A stretch of 63,529 bases of DNA, filler included, from Chrysochromulina tobinii (GCA_001275005.1; 9 parts of 9 records of this genome joined end to end with filler, not necessarily neighbours in it), one strand, 5' to 3'; positions 28,415 through 41,339 are shown, numbered from the whole stretch's first letter. Program-made: numbers and translations. Notes: generated by a model from the letters alone, not told the origin.

Positions 28415-30242
28415 ATGTCGAGCTGCTGCAACAACATCGACGTCGATGAGCTGTTTGCGTACACGACGTTCAAAAAAGTCGTCGTGAGGCACCGCTCGCT
28501 CGGCTACGTCTATTACTTCTCGGCGTTAGCGATCTTTCTGTACACGGGCCTGTACACGATCTGGTTGAAGGAAGGCTATGTGGCGCAGATCCCGTTTATC
28601 GGTGCCGTGCGCTCGACGGTATACCAGCCCAAAACCATCACCACGATATTAAATTACTGCGCGACCGCTGACGCGCCTCCGACGGGCTCGTTTGCCAGCG
28701 TGCTTCCATGCCTTTACCCTGACCTTGCGTCGGGCCTGTACTCCAAGGTCACGTCGGGCGAGCAAGGCGCACTCATGGTCGGCACGCGCTTCAGCTTTAC
28801 GAGCGAGGAGCGCGACCCAACGTGCGCCAACCTCGACTATTCCTGCTACAACTTCCGGCAGAGGACGGCGAAGCAATCCTTCTATGTGGGCGGGATCGAG
28901 AACTCGACGATTCTGATCCAGAACGCCGTGAGCAAGGCGACGCAGCAGCTGTACGGCGGCAACAAGACCCTCATCATCGACTCTTTCGATACCAGGCGGC
29001 CGGCAGCGTGGATGACCGGTACCAACACGGGCAATCGCTTTCAGGTACCGCTGATGACCTCGCCATTTAGAAGAGGATGCCTCTGTTACCTATGATTGCC
29101 CGTGACTGCGATGGGTTTTGAGGCGCGGCGAATGGCCTCTGATTTCCTATGATTGCCTTCGACTGCTTCCGACTGCCTCTGATTGCCTCTGATTGCCTCT
29201 GCTTGCCTCTGATTGCCCTCCGATGGCGTCTGATGGCGTCTGATTGCCCTCCGAGGGCGTCTGATGGCGTCTGATGGCGTCTGATTGCGTCTGATTGCCC
29301 TCCGATGGCGTCCGATGGCATCGGATGGCCTCTGATGGCCTCTGATGGCGTCCGATGGCCTTCTGATGGCGTCTGATTGACCTCCGATCGCCGTCGTGCC
29401 TAGGTGGAGCCGATGTCCTATGGCGACCAGTTCACAGTCTCGCAGCTGGTCTGGGCGGCGGGTATCGATCTCGATGAGATCTATAGCGACCCCACGGCGG
29501 GAGGTAAGAACGCATCGGTGCGTTACGAAGGGCAGACAGTTCGGATCCACGTGGTGTTCACAGGCGACCACACGAAATGGGATAAGCGTGCGCACTATGA
29601 ATACTTTGTGAGTGTGAACGACATGGAGGCGAAGGTGACGTGGACTGATGGGGATGACGTGATGGGCTTAGGCGCGAACGCAACTCGCATCACTTATGAT
29701 CTTCACGGTCTTCAGCTGCTGTATTCACAGGAGGCCGTCTTGAACGTCTTCGATTCGAGTCAACTGTTCCTCTCGATCCTATCGGGGGCTGGGCTGCTGT
29801 ACGTGGCCAGGCTCGCCGCCGATGGCTTCCTATACTACTTGGCACCCATGCGCAACGACTACCGCCTCTATGCAGAGCAGGTGATTGCCACTGAAGGGTA
29901 CTGATTGCAACTGAGTACCACTGATTGCCACTGAGTGCCGCCTCTATTTTGGGCAGATCATTTCCACTGAGTGCCACTGATTGGCGCCGAGTGCCATTGA
30001 TGGGCACGCCATGGACCCCCTCGTCGTCCGCGCAGCTCACCCCCGACTTCGCGCCCGAGACTGAGCGCGAGAAAGAGATCCTCGAGACGCTGCTGCAAAA
30101 GAAGCGAGCCTCGCGGGCGCGCATGGAGCGCATGGACGAGCATGCCTGGCTCTTGACCCAGAAGACGAGCACCAGTGGTTCGATACAGGGCGCCGGCATG
30201 GGTGCAGGCATGAGGGCCGCCGCGGAAGCGCCGATTTCATAA
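28415..30242 (+). CDS. P2X receptor-like ion channel; exons 28415-29044, 29404-29880, 30036-30242
   Basis: N-terminal FAYTTFK (YxTxK) followed by TM1, an ectodomain with Cys pairs, HGLQL..., TM2 (LFLSILSGAGLLYVARLAADG) and a Y...TPDF tail. Confidence 0.8.
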
Positions 30243-30455
30243 TGCTTGGCAATAGTTGGGTGCGTCACTCTACCTCGTACCCCTAGCAAGTGAAGTCGTG
30301 TTTCTGCACTTGCGTTGCTCATAGCCCCTTTTGACGTCGACGGACCTCTATGTGTGAATGAACACCGGGTGACAGCCCACGACAGCCAACGAGCCAAGTG
30401 ACCCAAGTTTGGTCTGCTTTTCCGCTTTTCCCGGGATACGAAAGAGCCTGAAAGC

Positions 30456-33400
30456 ATGATGAACGACAAGGAGGTCGAGCGCGAGGCGGCCGCGCTGGTC
30501 GCGCAGATGACGCTGGAGGAGAAGACGGGCCTGCTATCGGGCAGCGCATTCTGGTTCACCAAGGCTGTCGCGCGGCTTGGCTTGGAGAGGGCGATGCTGT
30601 GCGACGGTCCGCACGGCCTGCGCAAGCAGGAGGCGGAGGCCGACCACATGGGCACGGGAGGCTCGCGACCATCGACGTGCTTCCCCGCCGGCGGCACGAT
30701 CGCGGCGTCCTGGGACCCAGCGCTCGCGCACGCCATGGGAAGTGCGCTCGGCCGCGAGTGCGCCGCCGAGGGCGTCGCTGTCGTGCTTGGCCCGGCGATC
30801 AACATGAAACGGCACCCACTGTGCGGGCGCAACTTTGAGTACTACTCCGAGGACCCGCTGCTCGCGGGCGAGCTCGCCGCCGCCTTCATCGAGGGCGTGC
30901 AGGCTCGCGGCGTCGGCACGAGCGTCAAGCACTTTGCGGCCAACAACCAGGAGTTCCAGCGGATGCGCGTCGATACGCGGGTGGACGAACGCACGCTGCG
31001 GGAGATCTACCTGCCAGCCTTCGAGTGCGCCGTGACGCGCGCGCAGCCGTGGACCATCATGGCCGCGTACAATCGGCTCAACGGGCTGTACTGCACGGAA
31101 CACCCGTGGCTGTTGCAAAAGGTGAGCGTCGCACCACTTTGAGTGCATCTGGTGGCATCTGTTGAGTGCCTCAGTGCCATGGCCACAGATGGTCGTTAAG
31201 TGGCTTTGATTGCCTCCTTCATCAAGGTGCGATGACCCTTGATGGTCGTTGAGTGGCACTGATTGCCTCCTTCATCAGGTGCTCCGCGAGGAGTGGGGCT
31301 TCCGAGGGCTGGTCGTTTCGGACTGGATGGCTGTGAATGATCGTGTCGAGGGCGTGCGCGCGGGCTGCGACCTCGAGATGCCAGCCTCAGGTAATTGCCG
31401 TTGATTGCGCCTGATTGCATCTGATCGCGACCTCGAGATGCGAGCCTCAGGTACTTGCCGTTAGGGTTAGATGCCAGATTGCGCCTGAGGCTCTGAGGTC
31501 ATCAGATGCCAGCCAGGCCTGATTGCATCTGATCGCGACCTTGATTGCCTCAGTCATCAGGCGGATTCAATGATCGAGTCGTTGGCGCAACTGATTGCGC
31601 CTCATCGCCTCCTTGATTGCCTCCGTCATCAGGCGGATTCAATGATCGAGCCGTTGGGGCGGCGGCCGAGGCTGGGCATCTGGACATGGCGGCGGTGGAC
31701 GTTGCCGCGACGCGCGTCACTACGCTGCTGCTCGCGTCGCGGCGGGCGATGGAGCGCCGTGATGAGCAGCTCACAGGGGCGCCGTCGTGGGCGCGTTCGC
31801 ATGCGGCGATCCTGGCGCATAATCACGATCTCGCGCGCCAGATTGCGCTCGAGAGCGCCGTGCTGCTCAAAAACGAGCGTGACACGTTGCCGCTGCCACC
31901 GCCCGGGACGGCGCTGGCGCCCGGTACGGCGCGGCTCGGCAGACAGAATCGGCTCGCAGTCATCGGCAGCTTCGCGACCAATCCCCGGTACTAAGGCGCC
32001 GGTTCGCCACGCACCCTCTGATTGCCTCACTCATCAGGGCACTCATTGCCTCCCTCATCAGGTACCAAGGCGCCGGCTCGTCACGCATCAATCCCCACAT
32101 GCTCGAGGTTCCCCTCGACGCGATCCGCAAGCGCGCGGCCGCCGCGTCGTCCCCCTCGTCAGCTTCGTCAGCTTCGTCAGCTTCGTCAGCGTCGCGGACG
32201 GGGCTTCTCCCGGCCGATTTCGGCGGGCTCGTTGGCGGTGTGGACGGGGCGGAGGACGGGGCGGAGGGCGGAGGGTATGAAGTGAGCTATGCGCCCGGCT
32301 ACGATTGGTCACGCTGCGTCGACGACCCTCGGGCGCTCGCGACGGCGCTCGAGCTCGCCTCGGCGGCGGAGATTGTGATCTTGATACTTGGGCTGCCCGG
32401 CTCTTATGAGACGGAGGGCTGTGATCGTGAACACATGAGGCTGCCAAGCCAGATGAACAACCTATGTCACGCCCTGGCTCGGCAAGTGCTCGCGCCACGC
32501 CGACTGGTCGTTGTGATCCTCGGCGGAGCCGCTGTGGAGCTGCCCTGGGCAGGTGAGTGAGTGCGACTGATGACCATTGACTGCCTCTGAGTGCCTCTGA
32601 GTGCCTCTGAGTGCCACTGATGACCACTGAATGCCACTGACTGCCTATGCTTGCCTCTGAGTGCCACTGATTGCCACTGATTGCCACTGAATGCGTTCGA
32701 TTGAACTTGAGTGCCTCTGAGTGCCTCCGAGTGCCTCTGAATGCGACGCGCCCGGTACGACGCTTGGGCAGACGACGTGCCAGCTATCCTGCACATGGGG
32801 CTGGGCGGGCAAGCGCTCGGCACGGCGCTCGCGGCGCTGCTTTTTGGCGACGCCTCGCCTTGCGGCAAGCTTGCCGAGACGTGGCCGTTACGTGTGGAGG
32901 ATTGCGCGTCGCACGCCAACTTTGCGACCCACCCTCGCCTTGTCGTGTACCGCGAGGCCCTCAACGTGAGCTGATGGCCTCTGGTTGCGCCTGATTGCGC
33001 CTGATTGCGCCTGTTTGGGCCTGATTGCATCTGATTGGGCCTGATTGCATCTGAACACGCCTCTGATGGCCTCTGATTGCATCTGACTGCGTCGGATTGT
33101 CGCAGGTGGGGTACCGCCAGTTTTGCACGCATCACACGCCGACCCGCTTCTGCTTCGGCCACGGGCTCACGTACAGCTGCTTCGAGTATTCACAGCTGAG
33201 CCTCTCGGCGCATCGCATGCCTTCCACAGAGTCGCTCCAGGTGAGCGTGCAGCTGACGAACAGCGGGCGCATCTCCGCGCGCGAGATTGTGCAGCTCTAC
33301 GTGCGAGATCGAGATTGCTCCGTCCATCGGCCAGATCGCGAGCTGCGCGCATTTGGGAAGACGAAGCTGCTGGAGCCGGGCGCCACGACGACGCTCCAGT

Positions 33401-34505
33401 TCACGCTCACACCGCGCGCCTTCGCCTTCTACGACATACGGCGCTCCGACTGGTACGTCGAGCTCGGCGGGCTTTGAGATGGCCTCCCTTTCCGAGCACT
33501 GATTGCCTCCCTCATCAGGTCGCTGATTGCCTCCCTCCGCCGGTCGCTGATTGCGTCCCTCATCAGGTACGTTGAGCCCGGCGAGTTCGAGATCTTGATC
33601 GGAGCCTCTGTCGACCAAATCCGTCTCGCTGGCACGGTGCTCGTCGTCGACGCCGACGGCGAGGAACGGCCGCCCAGCACGGCGCGGCACGACGAGTTGA
33701 GCGTGCCTCGTAACTACCTGAAACGGCCGCCCAGCACGGCGCGGCACGACGAGTTGAGCGTGCCTCGTAACTACCTGAGGCTGGATGACGACGGGTTGGC
33801 AGCGCTGGGGTTGATCGTGCCGCCGGCGGACGAGCGCACGCCTTACAGCGCGAACAGCACGGTCCTCGAGATCGTCTCGATGAGCGGCTGCATCAAGGGG
33901 CTGTACCGCGCCATCCTGCGCCTTGTGGGGCAGGTGAGGATTTCCACTTGATGGCAACGGATTGCCATTGATGGCGACCTATTTACGCTGAGTGTCATTG
34001 ATGAGACGCCGTGTTGGGCAGGTGGCGCGGCACACGAGCCTCGCGGAGCAAGCGGCGGGCGGCATGGGCGACGTGGAGACGCTCGTACGACTGATCGAGG
34101 TTGGCACCGACTTGATCATGGCTGATGATGGCTGATGATGGCTGATGATGGCTGATGATGGCTGCTGATGGCCGATTTGATGATGGCCACTGATGGCCAC
34201 TGATGGCCACTGATGGCCACTGTGATGGCCTCTGATGGCAGGTGGGCACCGACTCGATGAACCTGCGTGGAGTCCAGTTGATGAGCGGGGGCACGGTGCA
34301 GCCACGCCAGGTCGACGCGCTCGTCCTCTTCCTCAACGGCCGCTGGTGCTCCGCCCTCAGCCGCCTCTGCTGCAGCCCGCGAGATGCCTCGTGGGCTCAA
34401 TCTCGCGACCAATCTCGCGAGCCCAGCCGTACGACGTGGCCACCGGAGGCGGAGCTCGTCTCGCCCTTGGTCTCGGAGCGGGGAGATAGGACAGCGCTGT
34501 GGTGA
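30456..34505 (+). CDS. GH3 beta-glucosidase; exons 30456-31121, 31279-31390, 31633-31987, 32062-32552, 32772-32965, 33106-33452, 33567-33933, 34022-34099, 34242-34505
   Basis: MTLEEK, DGPHGLRK, GRNFEYYSEDP, KHF, LREEWGF.G.VVSDW (nucleophile), SAVLLKNE, ETEGCDR, FGHGLTY, EIVQLYV, RELRAF (FnIII-like). Confidence 0.92.
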
Positions 34506-34591
34506 GCACACGCAGTGGAAGGCGGAGCTCGTCTCGCCCTTGGTCTCGGAGCGGGGAGATACGACAGCGCTGTGGTGAGCACACGCAGTGG
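34447..34591. repeat. 73-nt tandem duplication spanning the GH3 stop codon
   Basis: aggcggagctcgtctcgcccttgg...gcacacgcagtgg occurs at 34447 and 34520. Confidence 0.9.
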
Positions 34592-35454
34592 GACCGTCCT
34601 GAAGATGGAACAGCGCTGAGGTGAGCTAGTGGTGAGCACACGCACACGCGGCATTGACGGTGCTCGGTGATGCCCCCATGTCGACGACGAGCGACCTGTC
34701 TGTCCCGTTGCGGTACAGCGCGAGCCCCAGAGCAGTGCGCGTACGGCTCCGCAGACTGCCACCAGAACCGGACGGGGCTGCGGTGATTCTATGAATTCGG
34801 CTGTGCTCGTAATCCACTGCGTGCTCGTTGTGGCGCCCTGCATCGCCTTACAAGCTGCATCGGCCATCGCATGTGCCATCTCGTCGATCTCCCAGCCGAT
34901 CAGCAGCCCGGCATACACGACACGTGATGCACGACACGTTGCGTATCGTGTGGGTACTTGACTCGCACACGTGACGCGGGGTCTGTCGGGGCTATTCCCT
35001 GAGGCTGAGCGGTCAGGTCGAAAGACGAAGAAAGACGAAAGCGGCACGGAAGTAAACGAAAGCGAGGCGCGGGTCTGGTCTAGCTCTACTTCAATTGCGG
35101 TCAGCGTCAGGACCGGAGCTAGGACCGGACGGTCTAATCTCGTCTCCGAACCTCCAAAGCCGAACTCAACCACGACCCGACCTGCCCTACCCGCTGGCCG
35201 CTCCTACCGCGAGCCCGCCCCCCCCGATGCCGATCGGCGCGGATTCGTTCATAATGAAAAAGCAAATTTGAAATATTACCATTACCAACGAGTACAACGG
35301 GCCATGCAACGGCCAACGGGCGGTGCTCTTGGTCGCCAGTACAAGTCCACACTAAGTTCACACACAGTACTCCAGAACTCGACGCAGGTCACAGGCACAG
35401 CACGCAGCAGCGATGCCACATTCGCACAGCCGAGGCTCACAGGGCTCGCACAAT

Positions 35455-36148
35455 CTACAGCGACAACACAAATCTCCGGCCCATAACCGCGCCTTGCACA
35501 GCTTGGTTCCCTGCATCTCCCATCTTGTAGTTGCCCGCGAGCTCGAGCTTGCTTAGCACCGCCGAGCCCGACTTCAGCGCCTTAGCGATGGCCTTTGCAC
35601 CCCTCGGGCCGATGTCGCAGGCGCCCAGGTGCAGCTCGGTCAACACCACCGATTCCGACTTGAGGGCATCGGCGATGGCCTTGGCGCCGGTGTTGCCGAT
35701 GTCATTGCCGCCCAGGCCCAGGTAGGTCAGCCCCGCGTAAAGCGGCGCCGCGCGGCGCGTAACGCGGCGGCGCGCGACGCGGCGCGGCGCGTTAAACTTA
35801 AGCGCTTCCGCGATGGCCTTAGCGCCGTCGCGGCCAATCCTGTTAGCCCAGAGCTCGAGCTTGGTCAGCGTTGCATTGACCTTCAGCGCCTCCGCAATCG
35901 CCTTGGCTCCCTCGTCCCCGATGCTGTTGCCGTTCAGGTACAGGGTGGTCAGCACAACCGTGACTGGAATGAAACTCGCAATCAGCATGGCGCCCTCGGG
36001 GCCGATCATTCGCCCCCTTAATTCGAGACTGCTGAGCATATCGGCGCGCAACTTCTCCACAGGGATGCCACGGATCTCTCCAGAGCCAGCGCAGGCAATG
36101 GCTCCAAGCAGCAGTGCTAGTGGTGGCTCCTTGTTGTCCTCCTCCTCC

Positions 36149-36201
<53 letters not shown>

Positions 36202-36206
36202 CTCCT
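35455..36206 (-). CDS. RNI-like/NLRC3-like leucine-rich-repeat protein, 5'-truncated by contig end
   Basis: Repeats LTTLYLNGNSIGDEGAKAIAEALKVN. The frame extends upstream through a poly-Glu tract to the gap. Confidence 0.85.
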
Positions 36207-36306
36207 NNNNNNNNNNNNNNNNNNNNNNNNNNNNNNNNNNNNNNNNNNNNTTAATTAATTAANNNNNNNNNNNNNNNNNNNNNNNNNNNNNNNNNNNNNN
36301 NNNNNN
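36207..36306. other. Artificial contig-joining spacer
   Basis: N44-TTAATTAATTAA-N44. Confidence 0.98.
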
Positions 36307-36380
36307 GCGTAAACGCACTTTCTCACGTATACACACCTGGGGTGCGCATTCACGCACTTCCCTGCGTTTACGCACGATGG

Positions 36381-36475
36381 GCCGCGTAAACGCAGGAAGG
36401 GCCGCGTAAACGCAGGAAGGGCCGCGTATACGCAGGAAGGGCCGCGTATACGCAGGAAGGGCCGCGTATACGCAG
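36381..36475. repeat. 20-nt tandem repeat GCCGCGTA(A/T)ACGCAGGAAGG, about 5 copies; possible transposon subterminal repeat
   Basis: Directly visible, about 1 kb downstream of the transposase ORF. Confidence 0.85.
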
Positions 36476-37514
36476 CGTGGGACCCGTCCACGCTCGATGA
36501 GCGCTGTGGTGCCGCAGCAGACGCTGACGACGATGGCTACCGCTGCGAGCATACGCACGACGAGGACGACCTCCACCGTTTGCTTCCCTCCGCAGATGTG
36601 CAGCGATGCGAGCTCCTCCCCACTGCTGGTGCCGTCTGCAGATTAGCACCGTTCCAACACCCGAGCTCCCTCGGAGGCTGTACACGTTGCCTGCGCCCTG
36701 CGGTTCGGCCTTCACCCGTGAGGTGTGCCACGTCAGCGGTATGCGCCAGGCCGCCTCACCCTCAACCGGCCCGGGTGCGCGCGTTCGAGACTGATGCGAT
36801 CGCATCACGCCCTTGCAGATAGCCGTGCATGCCGCCATCCGCCGCCGCCACCGCGAGGACGCGATCGTTCGCCGCCTCTCGCCGCCACCACCGCCGCAGC
36901 GACGCGATCGTTCGCGCGGGCGCCGTCGCGAAAGAGCGCTGTCACGAGCGGCTTCGTCGGCGCGAGCGCTGGCACGGGCGCGGGCGGCGCCATGGACGCG
37001 AACGTCGGCGTGGGCAGTGTCATTGGCGCGAGCGCCGGCGCGAGCGGCACATCGGCTGGCCTCGATGGTGTCGCTGCAACGGGCGCACACACGCCAGTGC
37101 TGCTTCTTGAAGTGCTTGCGCAGCTTGTTCTGTGGCTGGCCGTTGGGGCCTAGGAAGCGGCGCGGGATCGGCTACTTTCCATGATGAGGCGGCCATTCCG
37201 ATCGAGCAGTGGAGCGTGGCTTCCGCCACACAATATACTTTTCTGTGTTCCGGTAGTGCAAGTGTTCATCTTCGCGGGTACAGATGTGTTGAGTCGGGGG
37301 TGCTTGAGTTTTTGACGTCGGGGGCGCGGGTGCTTATCGCAGAAACCAGTGGTCCCGTTCACCCAACGCGATAGTAAGCAGCCTGGTGGGAGCTGCTCTA
37401 GCAACATGATTGCCGCAACCTTAACATCAGTCCGGTCCAATAACCGGTCCAATTTAACAGTACTCACTCCTGGTATGTGGGGCGCGGGCGCTTTAGCTCT
37501 CAACTGACAGGCTT

Positions 37515-38005
37515 TTAGCTGCCTACCCGGTGGTGGTCATAAATGAAGCTGCTGCGCTTGTCCAGTGTTGCCTTTAAGTTGACCTCCTTGGTCCTCCCTT
37601 GCTTGGAGTAGACAACCTTCTCAAGGTTCGATTCCCATGACTGTTGTTCGTCCTCAGTCGAGAAGTGTGGTTGAGAGAGTGGCACCGCGCACCTGATATG
37701 GTCGAGCTGGACGACGCCATACCACGCCTTTGCATAGTGTGCCTTGGCGGCGCCCTGTGTCTGCGTACGGACCGCGTACACGTAACGACGAAAGGGCACA
37801 CCACCAGGTATGCCTCGCTGGCGGATAGCGTCCAATTGGTCCTCGCCTTTCTCCTCCTCCTCCCCCTCTTCCTCTTCATCCTCGATGTCCCCATCCCCGT
37901 TCCCATCCTCGTCCTTGTCCTCGTCCTCGTGCTCCTCGTGCTCCTCGTCCTTTTCCTTGTCTTCATCTTCATCCTCTTCGTCCCCATTCCCATTGCCGTT
38001 CTCGT

Positions 38006-38070
<65 letters not shown>

Positions 38071-41000
38071 CCCTCGTCCTCGTCATCGTCATCGTTTCCG
38101 TCCTCGACGTCATGCTCAGCATCGGCCTCCTCCTCGTCGTCCTTGTCCTCATCGCCTTCCTCGTCGTCCTCGTCCTCGTCCTCATCCACACCGCTGCTGA
38201 CACGGCGCGAACGCTTGGATTTTGGCTCCCGCATGCGCGCCTCCATTCGGCTCCAGGCATCGTCTGCACTCTCGACCTCGTCTTCGTCCTCGTTGACGAA
38301 CAGCTGACCGATCTCCTCATTTGGCGCATCGTCCATCCAGCGCACAAGCGCGAGATCGGCGTGCTCGCCATCAGGTAGTTTGAACCGAAAGGTAAATATG
38401 AGCTCGCCCAAGAAGCCAAAAGCATCATACGTCGAGTCGTTGTGCTGCACCGAGACAAACTCTCGCCAAGCCGCTCCCTGATGACCACTCGAGGCATCGT
38501 ACGCAGGCCGTGCCTTGCGCTTCAGCTGAAGCAAGCGAGCCACGCTGAACCCCATCTCCGCCTCATCATCGCCACCGTAGCCGCCCGCGCTGCTCGGCTC
38601 CTTAAACAGCATGCCAGGGCGCAGGTCCACACTCGCCATGCTCTCCGGCGGCAGCATCGGCACATGGCTCATCGCAGGCTGTGGAGGGTCACAGATGCGC
38701 GTGGCGCTGGAAAGGGCGAGCAAGCTCCACACAGCATGACCGCCGCTACCATTATCACCGCTGCTGCCCGCACCGCGAGGCTCAAGCTGCTCAGGCGTTG
38801 CCACACTCTCGCGAAACGCCTGTGTCAGCGCAGGGAGGCTGTCCGTGAGTCTCTTGGAGAGACGCGTTGCGGCCTTGGTCACAAGGGCTGGCAGCAAGCC
38901 ACGCTGCTCAAACAAAACATCCACATTGACGAGCAGCGCCGCTGTCGCTGCCGCGGCGGCTGCGGTGGCCGCTGCCCTGTCAAACGTCTGCTGGGATGAC
39001 ACCTCCCATGATTTATGTGAGTCCAGACAGTCTGCAAGCCAGCAGTTTAAGGTGAATCTCACCACCTTGCCCACTGCATGGGCAATGTCATCGATGCAGC
39101 AAGGATGGTTCGTGGGGTTCGTGGGCACAGTCACCTCGAGCTTCATCCGGATGTTCGCCACGACGGTCGTTCCAGCGAGCGCCATAGGTACATCCTCATC
39201 GCCCCCATTGCAAAACACGCGGAGCGCCCCCTCGAGCAGCCTGAGCGGCGGGCAGGCACGTAGATTCTTGCCCTCCGTAGCTCCTGGCCGAAGAGAAGCC
39301 AGATCCAAGAGTTGGTGCTTCCCCTTCCGTGACCGTGGTCTTGGTAGGAGACGATTCTTGGTAGGATCTTTGCGGGGCGTAGGCGTAGGCGGCGGCTGGC
39401 AGCGCCGCCTGACGCCAGCTGCTTCAAGGATGAGGGCGAGAGCGCTGTTACCCTCGCGATCAGCCCACTCGGCCGCGCTAAGAGACGACCAAGATGCAGA
39501 TGCCTGGGCGCGCGCTCTCAGCAGCATCCCGACGGTAGCGATCGCCCCCTCGCGAGCAGGGCTGCGCGCAGCCGTGATCAGATGGGCGCAGCGTTCGGCC
39601 GTGCACCCACTGGCACTGGCGCGTGCCCTGAGGAGAAGGATAGCCGTGTCTGCATCACCCCTGCGGCACGCTGCGGCTAGTGCGTCATCGGCCGGGCATC
39701 GACCAGTCACATCATCAACGCCTAAGGCGTCGACAACGCCGTTCTCTAGCAGATACACGACATTCGCGTGAATGCCGAGCTCGGCTGAGCGCACAAGATC
39801 CGCGTTCGACAGCACTAGCCATCGCTCGGCATGCTTCATGGCGGCGAGTCGAGAAAGGTAGTCGGCGATCTGCTCTATGGCGTTGGACGTCTTGTTGGAA
39901 TGGTGCTGGTACGCAATATGCAAGAGCTTTTGGCACATCTCGGCATGCTCGTCGTTCGTCCCACCCATTAACGGGCCAAGCCATCGGACAAGTTGTGCCA
40001 CATGGCTCAGCTTGTGCCAATTGTTGGAGAGGTGGAAGTTTTTGCGCCCCTCGAAAGCTGTACGCATGACTGGCATGAGCTCCTTTGCAATCTGGTGCAT
40101 GCGCCGCGTCGTGCTCTCGGAGATCATCGTCTGCTTGGTGATATTTGCAAACTCTCCAATCAGGTGCAGCGCCTTGATTGCGAGCTTTGCCCGGTTACCA
40201 CGCTGTCGAGCCTCATTGACCTCGTCATCGTTCGTGGCGGCCTCCTCCTCAGAAGCGGCCGCTCGCGCAATGGACAGCAATGGCTCGTGCACGACCAGCG
40301 CGAAGAACTTGAAGGCGTTGGCCACATCGTACTTCGACTTGGACCGCACCGTTGGCGCGCCCGTCGCCTTGCGCAGGACGCCACCGAGCCCCTTGCGGCG
40401 GCAGCGGCCCAAGACGCAGTTCCAACCCTTGACTACATGTTGTTTGACGAACACGTTTGCACGCGCAAGCCACGCATCGAATGCCCGCTGCCCGCCCATC
40501 TCGTCGAAGAGGAACTGCATTATGAGCTGGGCAGTATTCGGTCGCATGCACAGTCCCAAATTGTGCAGGTTGAGATAAGCCGACACATGGTAAGGCTGGA
40601 TTTGCAGGTACGAGAGATATGTCACAGGCGGCTTTGGCGGCCACCTGAGGCCCAGCCGTGCGAGGTTCTTCTTGGCAACGCGCATCTCGAGGTCGCGGGG
40701 GCCACGAGCGTTCTGCATCGTATCGTGAGCGGCCATGAGCACCGGCTGCATGTTGGCTTTCGAGCGTGTGTCAGGAGCCCTGCCGAAGAACGCCCTCCGG
40801 CGGTTGGGCTGTATGCAGTACGGGCAGCCCGTGACGCCAAGGACTGCGGCTTGTTGCGGGTTGTCCAGCACCAGCGCGTGGACGCCCGCGACAACCGTCG
40901 TGGGCATCTCCACGTCAGCATCCCAACGCTGTCTTACCGCCACGCCGCCCGCGCCAATCCTGAAGAGCTCGCCAAGCACTGCATCGTCGTATGCCGCCTC

Positions 41001-41164
41001 GCAGTTTGCCCGCAGTGTGACGCTTTCTTGTAATGCAGCTATCGTGGGCGTCTCAAATGAGAGCTTGGCCGCGATGCCAATGGTGAGCCATGCCCGCGGC
41101 TTGGACTGCTCTTCGAGTGGGATGTGCGCTGAGACCGCGTGCCACATCATGAATGACTCACCGT
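37515..41164 (-). mobile_element. Plavaka/CACTA(CMC)-like transposase ORF with inserted ankyrin repeats, 5'-truncated
   Basis: VLDNPQQAAVLGV..CPYC, LHNLGL, WHKLSH....RWLGPL...NDEHAE..QK....AY...SNK, and the C-terminal GELIFTF...LALVRW / YGVVQLDHI. Central ankyrin-like ALAAACRRGD...LLL and AAEWADREGN. Confidence 0.7.
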
Positions 41165-41264
41165 NNNNNNNNNNNNNNNNNNNNNNNNNNNNNNNNNNNN
41201 NNNNNNNNTTAATTAATTAANNNNNNNNNNNNNNNNNNNNNNNNNNNNNNNNNNNNNNNNNNNN
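41165..41264. other. Artificial contig-joining spacer
   Basis: N44-TTAATTAATTAA-N44. Confidence 0.98.
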
Positions 41265-41273
41265 ACTTGGCCA

Positions 41274-41339
41274 AGTCCGGGTTAGGCACCTCTGGCCAAG
41301 TCCGGGTTAAGAACCCGTGCCCGAAAGAAGTCCGGGTTA
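41274..41339. repeat. Three AAGTCCGGGTTA direct repeats at contig start
   Basis: Copies near 41274, 41298 and 41328. Confidence 0.8.

Noticed and set aside
31461..31470. Telomere-like TTAGGGTTAG (also 56414-56424)
   Set aside because: Fewer than two full units, which is too short to distinguish from chance.
36480..37503. Second transposon ORF downstream of the transposase
   Set aside because: Only short low-complexity ORFs with no recognisable motif.
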